Origin: an uncultured Candidatus Rokubacteria bacterium
GTDB taxonomy: Bacteria > Methylomirabilota > Methylomirabilia > Rokubacteriales > CSP1-6
Assembly (NCBI GenBank): GCA_963754315.1
Contig: CAVWFS010000007.1
Span: 608,001-672,000, forward strand
Direction: 5' to 3'
Length of the DNA: 64,000 nucleotides
Shown here: positions 1-8,137 of the stretch, one piece after another
Numbering within the stretch: the first letter of the stretch is position 1
Layout: each line of letters begins with the position of its first letter
Notes under the pieces: generated by a model
The model's database searches: none
Told to the model about the DNA's origin: nothing
What the model saw: the letters and a program-made list of their open reading frames with translations, nothing else
Position numbers and translations under genes: made by a program

Positions 1-131
1 ACAGCTTGCGCGCACGCAAAGTAGGCAAAGCTGCGGTTGAGCGCGCTCCGATGATCGGAGACCAGCGCACTCACGATCAGGATAGCGTTCAAGCCGAACG
101 CGAAGAGCGGGACGAGCTGGTGCACGGTCAT
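1..131 (-). CDS. Partial CDS running off the window start; hydrophobic N-terminus, possibly the membrane region of a sensor kinase
   Basis: Manual translation from ATG at 131 gives MTVHQLVPLFAFGLNAILIVSALVSDHRSALNRSFAYFACAQA..., two predicted TM segments with an N-R-x-F motif. Not in the ORF track because it is truncated. Confidence 0.45.
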   Translation of the reverse strand, partial: MTVHQLVPLFAFGLNAILIVSALVSDHRSALNRSFAYFACAQA

Positions 132-278
132 GTCCGAGAACCTGACGCGGGCTTCCGTCGGATGGACATCATCGTCCGTCTGGTCTCGGAATCATGCGAC
201 CCTTGAGCCGACAGAGGATTGGAGCCCATATTTCAACTTCCTTGGTACGGCAGAAGCCCCAAGTCGATGATATCATGG

Positions 279-794
279 TCACAATCGATAGAGCATCCAG
301 TACACGACGACCCCGGTCACTGAGACGTAAAGCCACAGCGGTAACGTCCAGCGAGCTATCCGGCGATGGCGCCCGAACTCCCCCTGCCAGGCGCGGTAGA
401 TGGTCGTCAGGGCCAGTGGCACAATCGCAGCCGCCAGCACGATGTGAGAGATCAGAAGCGGGAAGTACACGAGACGAAGCCAGCCTTGGCCCGTGAAACG
501 GCGCGACCCGTATCCATAGTGATAGGCGACGTATGACATCAAAAAGAGCACCGATACCCCAAATGCCCCCACCATGCAGGCCCGGTGTGCCTGTACCCTC
601 CTCGAGCGGATAGAGACGTATCCGAGGACCAGAAGCGCGGCACTGCTCGCGTTCAGCACGGCGTTGAGGGCCGGCAACCACGAGCCGTCGTACCCGGATC
701 TCTGCGGCGCTGTCCCGAAGAACAACGTGGCGACGGCGCCAACCACGCCGAGTGATACCGTCGCCACCACCGTCATCACGAGCCGATCCCGCAT
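279..794 (-). CDS. DUF420 family membrane protein (YozB-like)
   Basis: Motifs LPALNAVLN, HRACM, FLMSYVAYH, LLISHIVLA, HRRIARWTLPLWLYVSVTGVVVYWMLY. Confidence 0.9.
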   Translation of the reverse strand: MRDRLVMTVVATVSLGVVGAVATLFFGTAPQRSGYDGSWLPALNAVLNASSAALLVLGYVSIRSRRVQAHRACMVGAFGVSVLFLMSYVAYHYGYGSRRFTGQGWLRLVYFPLLISHIVLAAAIVPLALTTIYRAWQGEFGRHRRIARWTLPLWLYVSVTGVVVYWMLYRL

Positions 795-1175
795 GCGCCG
801 AAGTGTATGTCACCCCCCTGGCCTCGAGGTTTCCGGGGATCTTCGAGGACGGGGCAGAGCCAGGAGCATGACAGCGCTGACCCGCCTTCGCATTGCCGGA
901 TACCATATGAGCAAGAGATGTTCCAAAGCGTGCTTCCGGCGGGCAGGATGTTCGGGCTCGACCGAAGCCTGCCGTCCGAAGCCTTCTGGCGTCTCCGTGA
1001 ATCAGGCGTTTTTCCTGTTAGACCATGAGGCCCTGCCATTCTCTGGCCAGGTTGGGAAGGCTGCGGATGCCATGCCACCTGGCGTCGGGACGATGGTATG
1101 CTCGCGCCACATACACCCTTCCGCGGCCGCCATGAGACCGCCGATCGGCCAGGCACGACACGAAAGGAGCGCCGG

Positions 1176-1799
1176 ATGTCTGTGAGATTGTTCGTGGGAG
1201 GTCTGTCGTTCTCCACCTCCACAGACCGACTCCGCGAAGCGTTCGCCCGGTTTGGAGTTGTCGACTCGGCGGCCGTGATGACGGATCGCGAGACGGGAAG
1301 GTCGCGTGGCTTCGGCTTCGTGGAGATGGCCTCAACCGATGAGGCCGAGCGGGCCATCGGCTCGCTGAACGGATCGAATCTTGACGGCCGTACGATTCGC
1401 GTCGACAAAGCGACGCCACGCGGCGCCGCTCCATCACGTTCCCCCGTCGGCGACCGTCGCCCCACGGGCGCAGGCTCTGCTCGCGGTCCCGGAGGAGGGT
1501 TTACCGACCGCCGGCCAACCGGAGGTGCCGGTGGGCCTCCGCGGGGCGGGAGCACCAGACCCGGTGGATGGCAGGATCGTACGCCTGGCAGTGGGCCGGG
1601 CGGTCGCGGGCCTGGCGATCCCTGGTCGAGCGAGCGTGGCGATCAGAGGCGCGGAGCCCCGCGCCGTGGCGCTCCCGACCCGAGGCGTGGCTCCGGCGAA
1701 GGTCGCCGCCCCGGCGGCCTGCGCAAGGGACCCGGTACTCAGCGTCGCAGCAACGATCGAGGCCGGCGCAGCCTCGGAGACGACTTCCGCGCCCTCTAA
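1176..1799 (+). CDS. RRM RNA-binding protein with a long Gly/Arg/Pro-rich C-terminal tail
   Basis: RNP2 LFVGGL and RNP1 RGFGFVEM, plus DRETGRSRG. SD AAAGGAG precedes ATG 1176. Confidence 0.92.
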   Translation: MSVRLFVGGLSFSTSTDRLREAFARFGVVDSAAVMTDRETGRSRGFGFVEMASTDEAERAIGSLNGSNLDGRTIRVDKATPRGAAPSRSPVGDRRPTGAGSARGPGGGFTDRRPTGGAGGPPRGGSTRPGGWQDRTPGSGPGGRGPGDPWSSERGDQRRGAPRRGAPDPRRGSGEGRRPGGLRKGPGTQRRSNDRGRRSLGDDFRAL

Positions 1800-1971
1800 A
1801 CCGCCCGTGATGCTTGGGCGTGTGGCCGGTATAAGAGAGCTCTTTCGTTCGCGCCTATGCCCGGCGCCCGGGCAGGATGCACGCCTTCCGGGCAGCCACG
1901 TGCAACCGACGCACGAATCCTCCTGCTCACAAGGGGCGGCACGCGCTCGTACTTTGGCATACTCTCAAGGA

Positions 1972-3819
1972 GTGCTGATCCGGTTCTGGGGAACGCGAGG
2001 GTCGATCCCGACGCCTGACCGCCGCACGAACTACTTCGGCGGCAACACCAGCTGCGTCGAGGTCCGCACGGGCGACGATCACGCAATCGTCCTGGATTGC
2101 GGAACGGGGGCCCGGCAACTCGGACTGGACATCCTGGGCCGGGGCGAACCCCTTCCGCCGCTGCACATTCTCATCACCCACACACACTGGGATCACATTC
2201 AGGGCTTTCCCTTCTTTCTTCCCGCCTACGTGCCAGGCGCCCGCCTGACGTTTTACGGCACCCGCGGTTTGGAACGCACGCTCGAGGCGTCGATCTCCGA
2301 ACAAATGCATCAGACATACTTTCCTGTTCAGCTGGGAGAGCTCCGCGCCGAGGTCGACTTCGTCGAGCTCGCCGAGCAGCGCTTCGCCCTCGGCTCCTGC
2401 CGGGTGACCACGCAATTTCTCAACCACACGGCACCCACCATCGGCTATCGCTTCGAGCGTGGCCCCCTCAAATTCGCGTACGTCACCGACCATGAGCCGT
2501 TTTGGTGGTCCCCGACGGGCCGCGCTCAGGCCGGCTCCTACCTGCATCCCGGTGACGAGCGCCACGTTGCCTTCGTCGCGGGCGTCGATCTTCTGATCCA
2601 CGATGCGCAGTACAGCGACCGCGAGTACCCGGCCAAGCGTGGATGGGGGCATAGCCCGATCGAATACGTGGTGGACGTCGCGATACGGGCTGGTGTGAAG
2701 CGACTGGTCCTCTTCCACCATGATCCCCTGCACACCGACGCCTGGGTACGTCAGCACACAGAGGTAGCCCGTCGCCGCGCACGTGCGGCGGGCTCGTCGC
2801 TGGAAATCCTTGCCGCCTCGGAAGGACTGGAGATCCGTCTCGAAGAGCCCGCGAGAGCTAGCAAGCCAGTCCTCAACGGGGCCCCGCGCTTGGTCGCATC
2901 GGCCCGTGGTGGTCGCATTCTGGTGGCCGGATCCACCGCGGGCACGACCCGAGAGATCCGCGACGCCCTGGCGGGCGATGGGTACGACATCACCCTGATG
3001 ACCGGCAACGGTAAGGTGGAGCGGCTGGCGGAAAAGCAGCGCCCGCACCTTCTGATCCTGGTGGGGTCCAAGCGCGAAACCGCGATGCTCGACACGGTCA
3101 AGCGAGTCCGCGGTGAAGCGTGGGGGGCCTCCCTTCCCATCCTCGTTCTCGCGGGATCGGAGGGGCCGGGTGTGGCCGGTCGTCTGGCCGACCGCTTCAC
3201 CGACATCCTGACCCGCCCACTGAACCCGGCGTTCCTCCGTCCTCGCGTCCGCGCTTGGCTGAGCCGGGGCGCGGCTTCGGTGCCGGTCGACAGGAGCATT
3301 CACCGGCAACACATCGTCCGTACGTCGATCGGGCCAGGTCGCGGGTTTCTGCAGGAGCTCCCCCTCGGCGAGCGCGCCGCCCTCTTCATCGGGGCCCAGA
3401 CGGCCCGGTTCCGCGACGGTGAAATCATCTTCAAGGAAGGCGATCCGGCCGGGGGGCTGTATCTCGTGCGAGCGGGACGTGTGCGTCTGACCGTTCGCGA
3501 ACGCGATCGGGAGATCGTGCTTGGGACCGCGGGGCCGGGAGATACGCTCGGCGAACTCGCCGCTGTCGACGGTGGGCCGCGAACGGCAACGGCACACGCG
3601 CTCGGCGCCACCGCTGCTGACTACATCCCTCGCGAAATGTTCGCGGCCAGTCTGTCCTCTGCACCCGCCGCTGCAGTTCGGCTGCTTCATCGAATGGCCA
3701 AACGCCTTCGTCTGACGGACCCTCACGTGGGAGAGCTGACGAGCCTCGAGGGGGCGATGGGGCGCGCCGAGGCCGAGCACCTTGAGGCCTCACCGAAGAC
3801 ACGGTCCAGACGGCGCTGA
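1972..3819 (+). CDS. MBL-fold metallo-hydrolase (cNMP phosphodiesterase-like) fused to a degenerate receiver domain and a cyclic-nucleotide-binding domain
   Basis: MBL motifs FWGTRGSIP, GGNTSC, THTHWDHIQG, WGHS, LFHHDP; REC-like central region; cNMP-binding motifs FKEGDP...GELAAVDGGPRTATA. Start GTG 1972 inferred from the family N-terminus. Confidence 0.85.
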   Translation: MLIRFWGTRGSIPTPDRRTNYFGGNTSCVEVRTGDDHAIVLDCGTGARQLGLDILGRGEPLPPLHILITHTHWDHIQGFPFFLPAYVPGARLTFYGTRGLERTLEASISEQMHQTYFPVQLGELRAEVDFVELAEQRFALGSCRVTTQFLNHTAPTIGYRFERGPLKFAYVTDHEPFWWSPTGRAQAGSYLHPGDERHVAFVAGVDLLIHDAQYSDREYPAKRGWGHSPIEYVVDVAIRAGVKRLVLFHHDPLHTDAWVRQHTEVARRRARAAGSSLEILAASEGLEIRLEEPARASKPVLNGAPRLVASARGGRILVAGSTAGTTREIRDALAGDGYDITLMTGNGKVERLAEKQRPHLLILVGSKRETAMLDTVKRVRGEAWGASLPILVLAGSEGPGVAGRLADRFTDILTRPLNPAFLRPRVRAWLSRGAASVPVDRSIHRQHIVRTSIGPGRGFLQELPLGERAALFIGAQTARFRDGEIIFKEGDPAGGLYLVRAGRVRLTVRERDREIVLGTAGPGDTLGELAAVDGGPRTATAHALGATAADYIPREMFAASLSSAPAAAVRLLHRMAKRLRLTDPHVGELTSLEGAMGRAEAEHLEASPKTRSRRR

Positions 3820-4021
3820 ACAAGTCTCGTTTGTCCACCTCTTCACAGCTATCCCCAACTCGGAATTAGAACGCCCCAGCGCGGTCTGACAGCTGCGGGC
3901 GCCCGGGTGAGCGCGTCGTTCCGGGTCAAACTCCCTCCACCCGCGACTGTGAGGCGACAATAGGCGGCTGCGGCCAGCCTCTCCTCTCCCGTTACCGCCT
4001 AGGATGCATGTGAACAAGGCG

Positions 4022-4052
4022 TTGACAGGTCCCCACCCGTGCCTCCTAGAGT
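4022..4052 (+). promoter_or_regulatory. Putative sigma70 promoter of the MurB-like gene
   Basis: TTGACA at 4022-4027 and TAGAGT at 4047-4052. The 19-bp spacer is suboptimal. Confidence 0.35.
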
Positions 4053-4117
4053 GCCCCCCGTGCGTGTGCGGCCTGCCGGCCGCTGTCGGTCTCGACAACA
4101 TGGGGAGGCGCCGTCCG

Positions 4118-4996
4118 ATGCTTGGATCGATCGCTGGCGATATCAGGTTCAAGGAGCCCCTGAGTGTGCACACCTCGCTCCGCCTGGGCGGACCGGCCGA
4201 TGTCTTCATCGCCCCCGAGAACATCGATGACATCCGCCACGCTCTTCGCTTCGCGCAGCGTGAGCAGATGCCGGTGACGGTCGTCGGGGCCGGCACCCAT
4301 CTCCTGGTAACCGAGCGCGGCTTTCGGGGCGTTCTCCTGAAGCTCGACGGGGTTCTCCGACGTGTCGAGTTTTACGGTCACGAGGCGGTGGCAGGCGCCG
4401 GTGCCGACGTGTTCGCCCTCGTCCGCGCGGCGGCGGCCCTCAACCTGGGTGGGCTCACCCACCTGGTGGGGACGGCGGGCACGGTCGGGGGAGCACTGGT
4501 CGTGCACGGAGCCAACCCCGGCCAGGCCCTCGCGTCCCTCGTATCTTCCGTCTACTTCATTCGAGGTGATGGCGAACTGGACGAGGCAAAAGTTACCCTG
4601 GATGGATTGACCGAGCACCCGCTCGCGGCATCGGATCGCATCCTGATCGGCTGCAGGTTGCGGCTAGCCCGCCAGTCACAAGCATCACTCACCAGGGAGA
4701 TCACCCAATCTCTTCGCAGGCGCCCTCTCCTACAGACACTGACCTTCGCGGCCGCCGCTGTCTGGAAGGATCCGCCGGGGCAGAATGCCGGGTTCCTCAT
4801 CGAGCGGGCCGGCCTGACCGGCAAGCGAGTCAATGCCGCCGAGATCTGCCCGAAGCATCCCAGCATGATCGTCAATAGAGGCGCCGCCACCGCGGTCGAC
4901 GTGCTGGCCCTCATGCAGTTGACTCGCGAGCGAGTCCTCGATCGTACGGGCGTTCGCCTCGAGGCGGCTATCCGCACCCTCGGCGAGACCGGGTAG
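4118..4996 (+). CDS. murB: MurB-like FAD-binding protein (UDP-N-acetylenolpyruvoylglucosamine reductase fold, degenerate active site)
   Basis: EPLSVHTSLRLGGPAD, VGAGTHLLV, GTVGGAL, AGFLIERAGL, KHPSMIVNRG. SD GGGGAGG precedes ATG 4118. Catalytic motifs are altered. Confidence 0.75.
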   Translation: MLGSIAGDIRFKEPLSVHTSLRLGGPADVFIAPENIDDIRHALRFAQREQMPVTVVGAGTHLLVTERGFRGVLLKLDGVLRRVEFYGHEAVAGAGADVFALVRAAAALNLGGLTHLVGTAGTVGGALVVHGANPGQALASLVSSVYFIRGDGELDEAKVTLDGLTEHPLAASDRILIGCRLRLARQSQASLTREITQSLRRRPLLQTLTFAAAAVWKDPPGQNAGFLIERAGLTGKRVNAAEICPKHPSMIVNRGAATAVDVLALMQLTRERVLDRTGVRLEAAIRTLGETG

Positions 4997-5004
4997 CCAG
5001 CGCC

Positions 5005-5433
5005 TCAGACGTCGAGGACGATCCGGGCGGACCAGCCTCCAAGGTGGCGCTCGAGGGCGAAGTGGTGCAAGGTCGGCGCCTTGACGTCGGCCCGAAGGAT
5101 CGTCCGCGCGCGATCAATGGGCCCGCCAGCCACCCGAGCCGTCAACCGGCACTCTGGAGGACCCGCCACCGCCACCGTCGTCTCGGTAAAGATGAGCGAC
5201 TCGCTGTCCTTCACGAAGATCAGCTCCGCGATCCAGTCGAAGAGGAGGAGGTCCAGGGCCGACGCGGTGAGCACAATCTCCCTCCGGGTGGTCACGGGGA
5301 TGGTGCGCGGGTCGACCATGATCTCCGCCACGGCGCGGCCGACAGTGACGAAGAGATCGCTCAGATCGTGCCCAATGACCTCGATGGCACAGTCGGCCGT
5401 CGTAATCTCGTCCAGAAACACGTAGTGCCCCAC
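5005..5433 (-). CDS. Archease
   Basis: TADCAIEVIG, LLFDWIAELIF, DVKAPTLH and the C-terminal ARIVLDV. Start GTG 5433 inferred. Confidence 0.85.
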   Translation of the reverse strand: MGHYVFLDEITTADCAIEVIGHDLSDLFVTVGRAVAEIMVDPRTIPVTTRREIVLTASALDLLLFDWIAELIFVKDSESLIFTETTVAVAGPPECRLTARVAGGPIDRARTILRADVKAPTLHHFALERHLGGWSARIVLDV

Positions 5434-5721
5434 GGTGGGGATATTGTGCGGGAGGAGGGGCGATAGGACCTCAGTGATCGGAAGGGGGCGGACGCGTGCT
5501 ATGTTCACTTTCGTGACCGCTGACGACTTTGCGCGCAGGGTTGATTTCGACGCCGCGTGATATCCCGACCTCCAGCAGGAGTCCAGGTAGCGATCCCGGC
5601 CACATCGGTGCCACCGGCATCTAGCGGCCCGTACGAACGGCCGGACGTCTCACGGCTGGCACGGGAGGGGCGAGGGCCTGCCCGCTGGTCGAATCTCGAG
5701 CGCGCGTGGTCTCGCCCGAGC

Positions 5722-6843
5722 ATGGCACTCTTCTGGTCGGCCGTTCTCGTCTTGCTCCTCCTGCTGGGCCCTCGCCCGGTCCCGGCCCACGAGGCGTCGT
5801 CCCTGCTGGCGCTTCTCCCCGACGTGAGGCTGCTGCCCTCGCCATCCGCGGCTTCTTCCTTAGCGGCGCATGAGGAAGGTCGGGCGTCCCCCCCGTGCGA
5901 CCAGCTCCGGATCCTGCCTGACGACCGCGACGGTCCTTGCCAGGGATCCGCCCTCACCCTGTCTGGCCTCCAGGAGTCAGCCGGGGAGGAGACGCCGACG
6001 TTCGAGTCCGCACAAGAAAGGCCCCGGCCGAGCAGGTTCTGGACATTTGCGATTCCTGTCGGTGTGGTTGCGGGAGCCTCCGCCAACGCGTTTCTGGAAA
6101 CTCCCCACCAGAGCTTCCACTTCGGTAACGAGGGCTGGTTCGGAAAGAACACCTACGCCGGAGGCGCCGACAAGGCATCCCACTTCGTTGATTTCTACAT
6201 CCTCTCCAAGGAGCTGTCCTTCCTCTACGCCAAGCTGGGCTACTCGCAAACGCAGTCGATCCTGGCGGGAGTGGGAATCACCGTGCTCGGCGGTCTCACC
6301 AACGAATTCGGGGATGGCTTCAACCGCTACGGGTTCTCGTACGAGGATCTTGTCATGGACACGGCCGGGGCGATCAGCGCGGCGCTGGTTTCCTGGTTCG
6401 GTGCCCACGACCTGGTTGGTTTCCGCCGCGGATTCCTGCTCCCGCCCTACAGCAGTTCTGCTTGCTGTCCCCCCGACAGCGTGGGCCAGGCCTACCAGAA
6501 CCAGATCTTCACGGCCGATCTCAAGCTGGCCGGGGTCGCCCGCCGGCTCAATCTTAACGTCGGCCCTCTGCGGTACCTCCTCGTGTCCGCGACCTATGCC
6601 ACCAAAGGCTACCCGACGGAGGTTCCCAGCCTGTTTGAACGTCAGGTCGGCGTCGAGATCGGCCTCAATCTCGAGGAGATCCTCAACTCCCTTGGCGTGC
6701 GCCGCAACACCTGGTGGGGCTATGGGCTCCACGTCGTGCTCGATAACATCAGACTGCCCTTTACCTCCGTCGGGTTCCAGTACGATCTGAACAGCGGACA
6801 ATGGTTTGGGCCCGGCAATGGCAACAGCTATGCGACGCGGTAA
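5722..6843 (+). CDS. DUF2279/YfiM-like exported or membrane protein
   Basis: Signal-like N-terminus; YAGGADKASHF and EFGDGFNRYGFSYEDLVMDTAG motifs. Start uncertain (the ORF extends up to 5557). Confidence 0.6.
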   Translation: MALFWSAVLVLLLLLGPRPVPAHEASSLLALLPDVRLLPSPSAASSLAAHEEGRASPPCDQLRILPDDRDGPCQGSALTLSGLQESAGEETPTFESAQERPRPSRFWTFAIPVGVVAGASANAFLETPHQSFHFGNEGWFGKNTYAGGADKASHFVDFYILSKELSFLYAKLGYSQTQSILAGVGITVLGGLTNEFGDGFNRYGFSYEDLVMDTAGAISAALVSWFGAHDLVGFRRGFLLPPYSSSACCPPDSVGQAYQNQIFTADLKLAGVARRLNLNVGPLRYLLVSATYATKGYPTEVPSLFERQVGVEIGLNLEEILNSLGVRRNTWWGYGLHVVLDNIRLPFTSVGFQYDLNSGQWFGPGNGNSYATR

Positions 6844-6945
6844 GGGTAAACGCCGAGCCGGCCTCGAGGAAGCGGATAGAATACGAACGATGAGCTGTCC
6901 GGGGATCGCCGACACACCCTGCGCCGCGCGCCCAGCACCCAGCCC

Positions 6946-8127
6946 GTGCTGACCCTCGACTATCTCCTGCTGGTGCTGACGGCGCTATCGGCCCTGTACT
7001 CGCTTGTCGCCATCGTCTGTGTGGCTGCCTTCGGGCGCCGCCGGCTGGCCCAGGGGAAGTGGACACCACCGATCAGCGTGCTCAAGCCCCTGTCGCGGGC
7101 GGACGAACATCTCTACCAGAACCTGCGCAGCTTCTGCGAGCAGGACTATCCAACCTTCCAGGTGCTGTTCGGCGTCCAGGACGCGAACGATCCGGCCGTC
7201 CGCGTCGTCGACCGCCTGGTGGCGGAGTTCCCGCATCTGGATCTACGACTCATCGTCAACGATCGGATCATCGGAGCCAACCACAAGATCAGCAACGTCG
7301 CCAACCTCTGCCGGCAGGCTCAGCACGCGGTCCTCGTCCTTGCCGACAGCGACATGCGTGTTGATCGAGACTACCTCCGTGCCGTGGTCACGCCCCTGCA
7401 GGACGACTCGGTCGGGTTGGTGACTTGCCTCTACCGAAGCGCCCCCCGCCCTGGTGTGGGGGCCAGGCTCGCGGCCATGTTCGTCAACGAGTGGTTCTTC
7501 CCGGCGGTGCTCGTGGGCGCTCGCGTTCAGCCCCTCCGACACGCCTTCGGGGCCACCATCGCCTGTCGCCGCGAGCCGCTGGCTGCCATCGGTGGCTTTG
7601 AGGCGGTGGCCGACTATCTCGCGGACGACTACATGCTCGGGTCGCTCATCAGCCAGCGCGGCCTGCGCGTCGTGTTGTCACCGTATATCGTCGAGAACGC
7701 CGGCAGCGAGCGAGACCCTGCGAGTCTCTTCTTCCGCGAGCTCCGGTGGACCCGGACATTTCGAACCATGCGGCCCCAGTCGTACTTTTTTTCCGTCATC
7801 ACGCACGGCATTCCCCTGTCGGGGCTCTACATGATCAGCTCGGGGTTTTCCGAGCTGGCGTTGATCATGGGGGCGGTGCACCTGGGGCTCCGCGGCGGCG
7901 GTGGCCTGGTGGTCTATCCGGCCCTGGGGCTGCCGGTCCCGCAGGGCCGCCTGTGGCTGCTGCCCCTTCGCGAGGGTCTGTCATTCATCACCTGGCTCCT
8001 CAGCTTCCTCGGGCAGAGCGTGCGCTGGAATGGCCGGCGTCTGCGCGTCGATGCGAACGGAAAGCTTCACCCGCTTGCGGCGGCGGCGGCGCCACCTCCG
8101 CATCCATCATCTTCCCGACCCGGATAG
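6946..8127 (+). CDS. hpnI: Hopanoid biosynthesis glycosyltransferase HpnI (ceramide glucosyltransferase-like GT2)
   Basis: SVLKPL, NLRSFCEQDYP, GANHKISN, DSDMRV, GLVTCLY, FGATIA, LADDYMLG, RELRWTRT. Directly upstream of hpnJ. Confidence 0.88.
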   Translation: MLTLDYLLLVLTALSALYSLVAIVCVAAFGRRRLAQGKWTPPISVLKPLSRADEHLYQNLRSFCEQDYPTFQVLFGVQDANDPAVRVVDRLVAEFPHLDLRLIVNDRIIGANHKISNVANLCRQAQHAVLVLADSDMRVDRDYLRAVVTPLQDDSVGLVTCLYRSAPRPGVGARLAAMFVNEWFFPAVLVGARVQPLRHAFGATIACRREPLAAIGGFEAVADYLADDYMLGSLISQRGLRVVLSPYIVENAGSERDPASLFFRELRWTRTFRTMRPQSYFFSVITHGIPLSGLYMISSGFSELALIMGAVHLGLRGGGGLVVYPALGLPVPQGRLWLLPLREGLSFITWLLSFLGQSVRWNGRRLRVDANGKLHPLAAAAAPPPHPSSSRPG

Positions 8128-8137
8128 GAGACGACCC

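Noticed and set aside
810..1170. Riboswitch or sRNA in the DUF420-RRM intergenic region
   Set aside because: I recognised no known motif, only a plausible extended -10 (TGGTATGCT) and short GC stems expected by chance.
3830..4017. DnaA-box cluster or oriC (TTGTCCACC, CTATCCCCA, TGTGAACAA)
   Set aside because: All have at least 2 mismatches to TTATCCACA, and there is no AT-rich unwinding element or dnaA/dnaN nearby.
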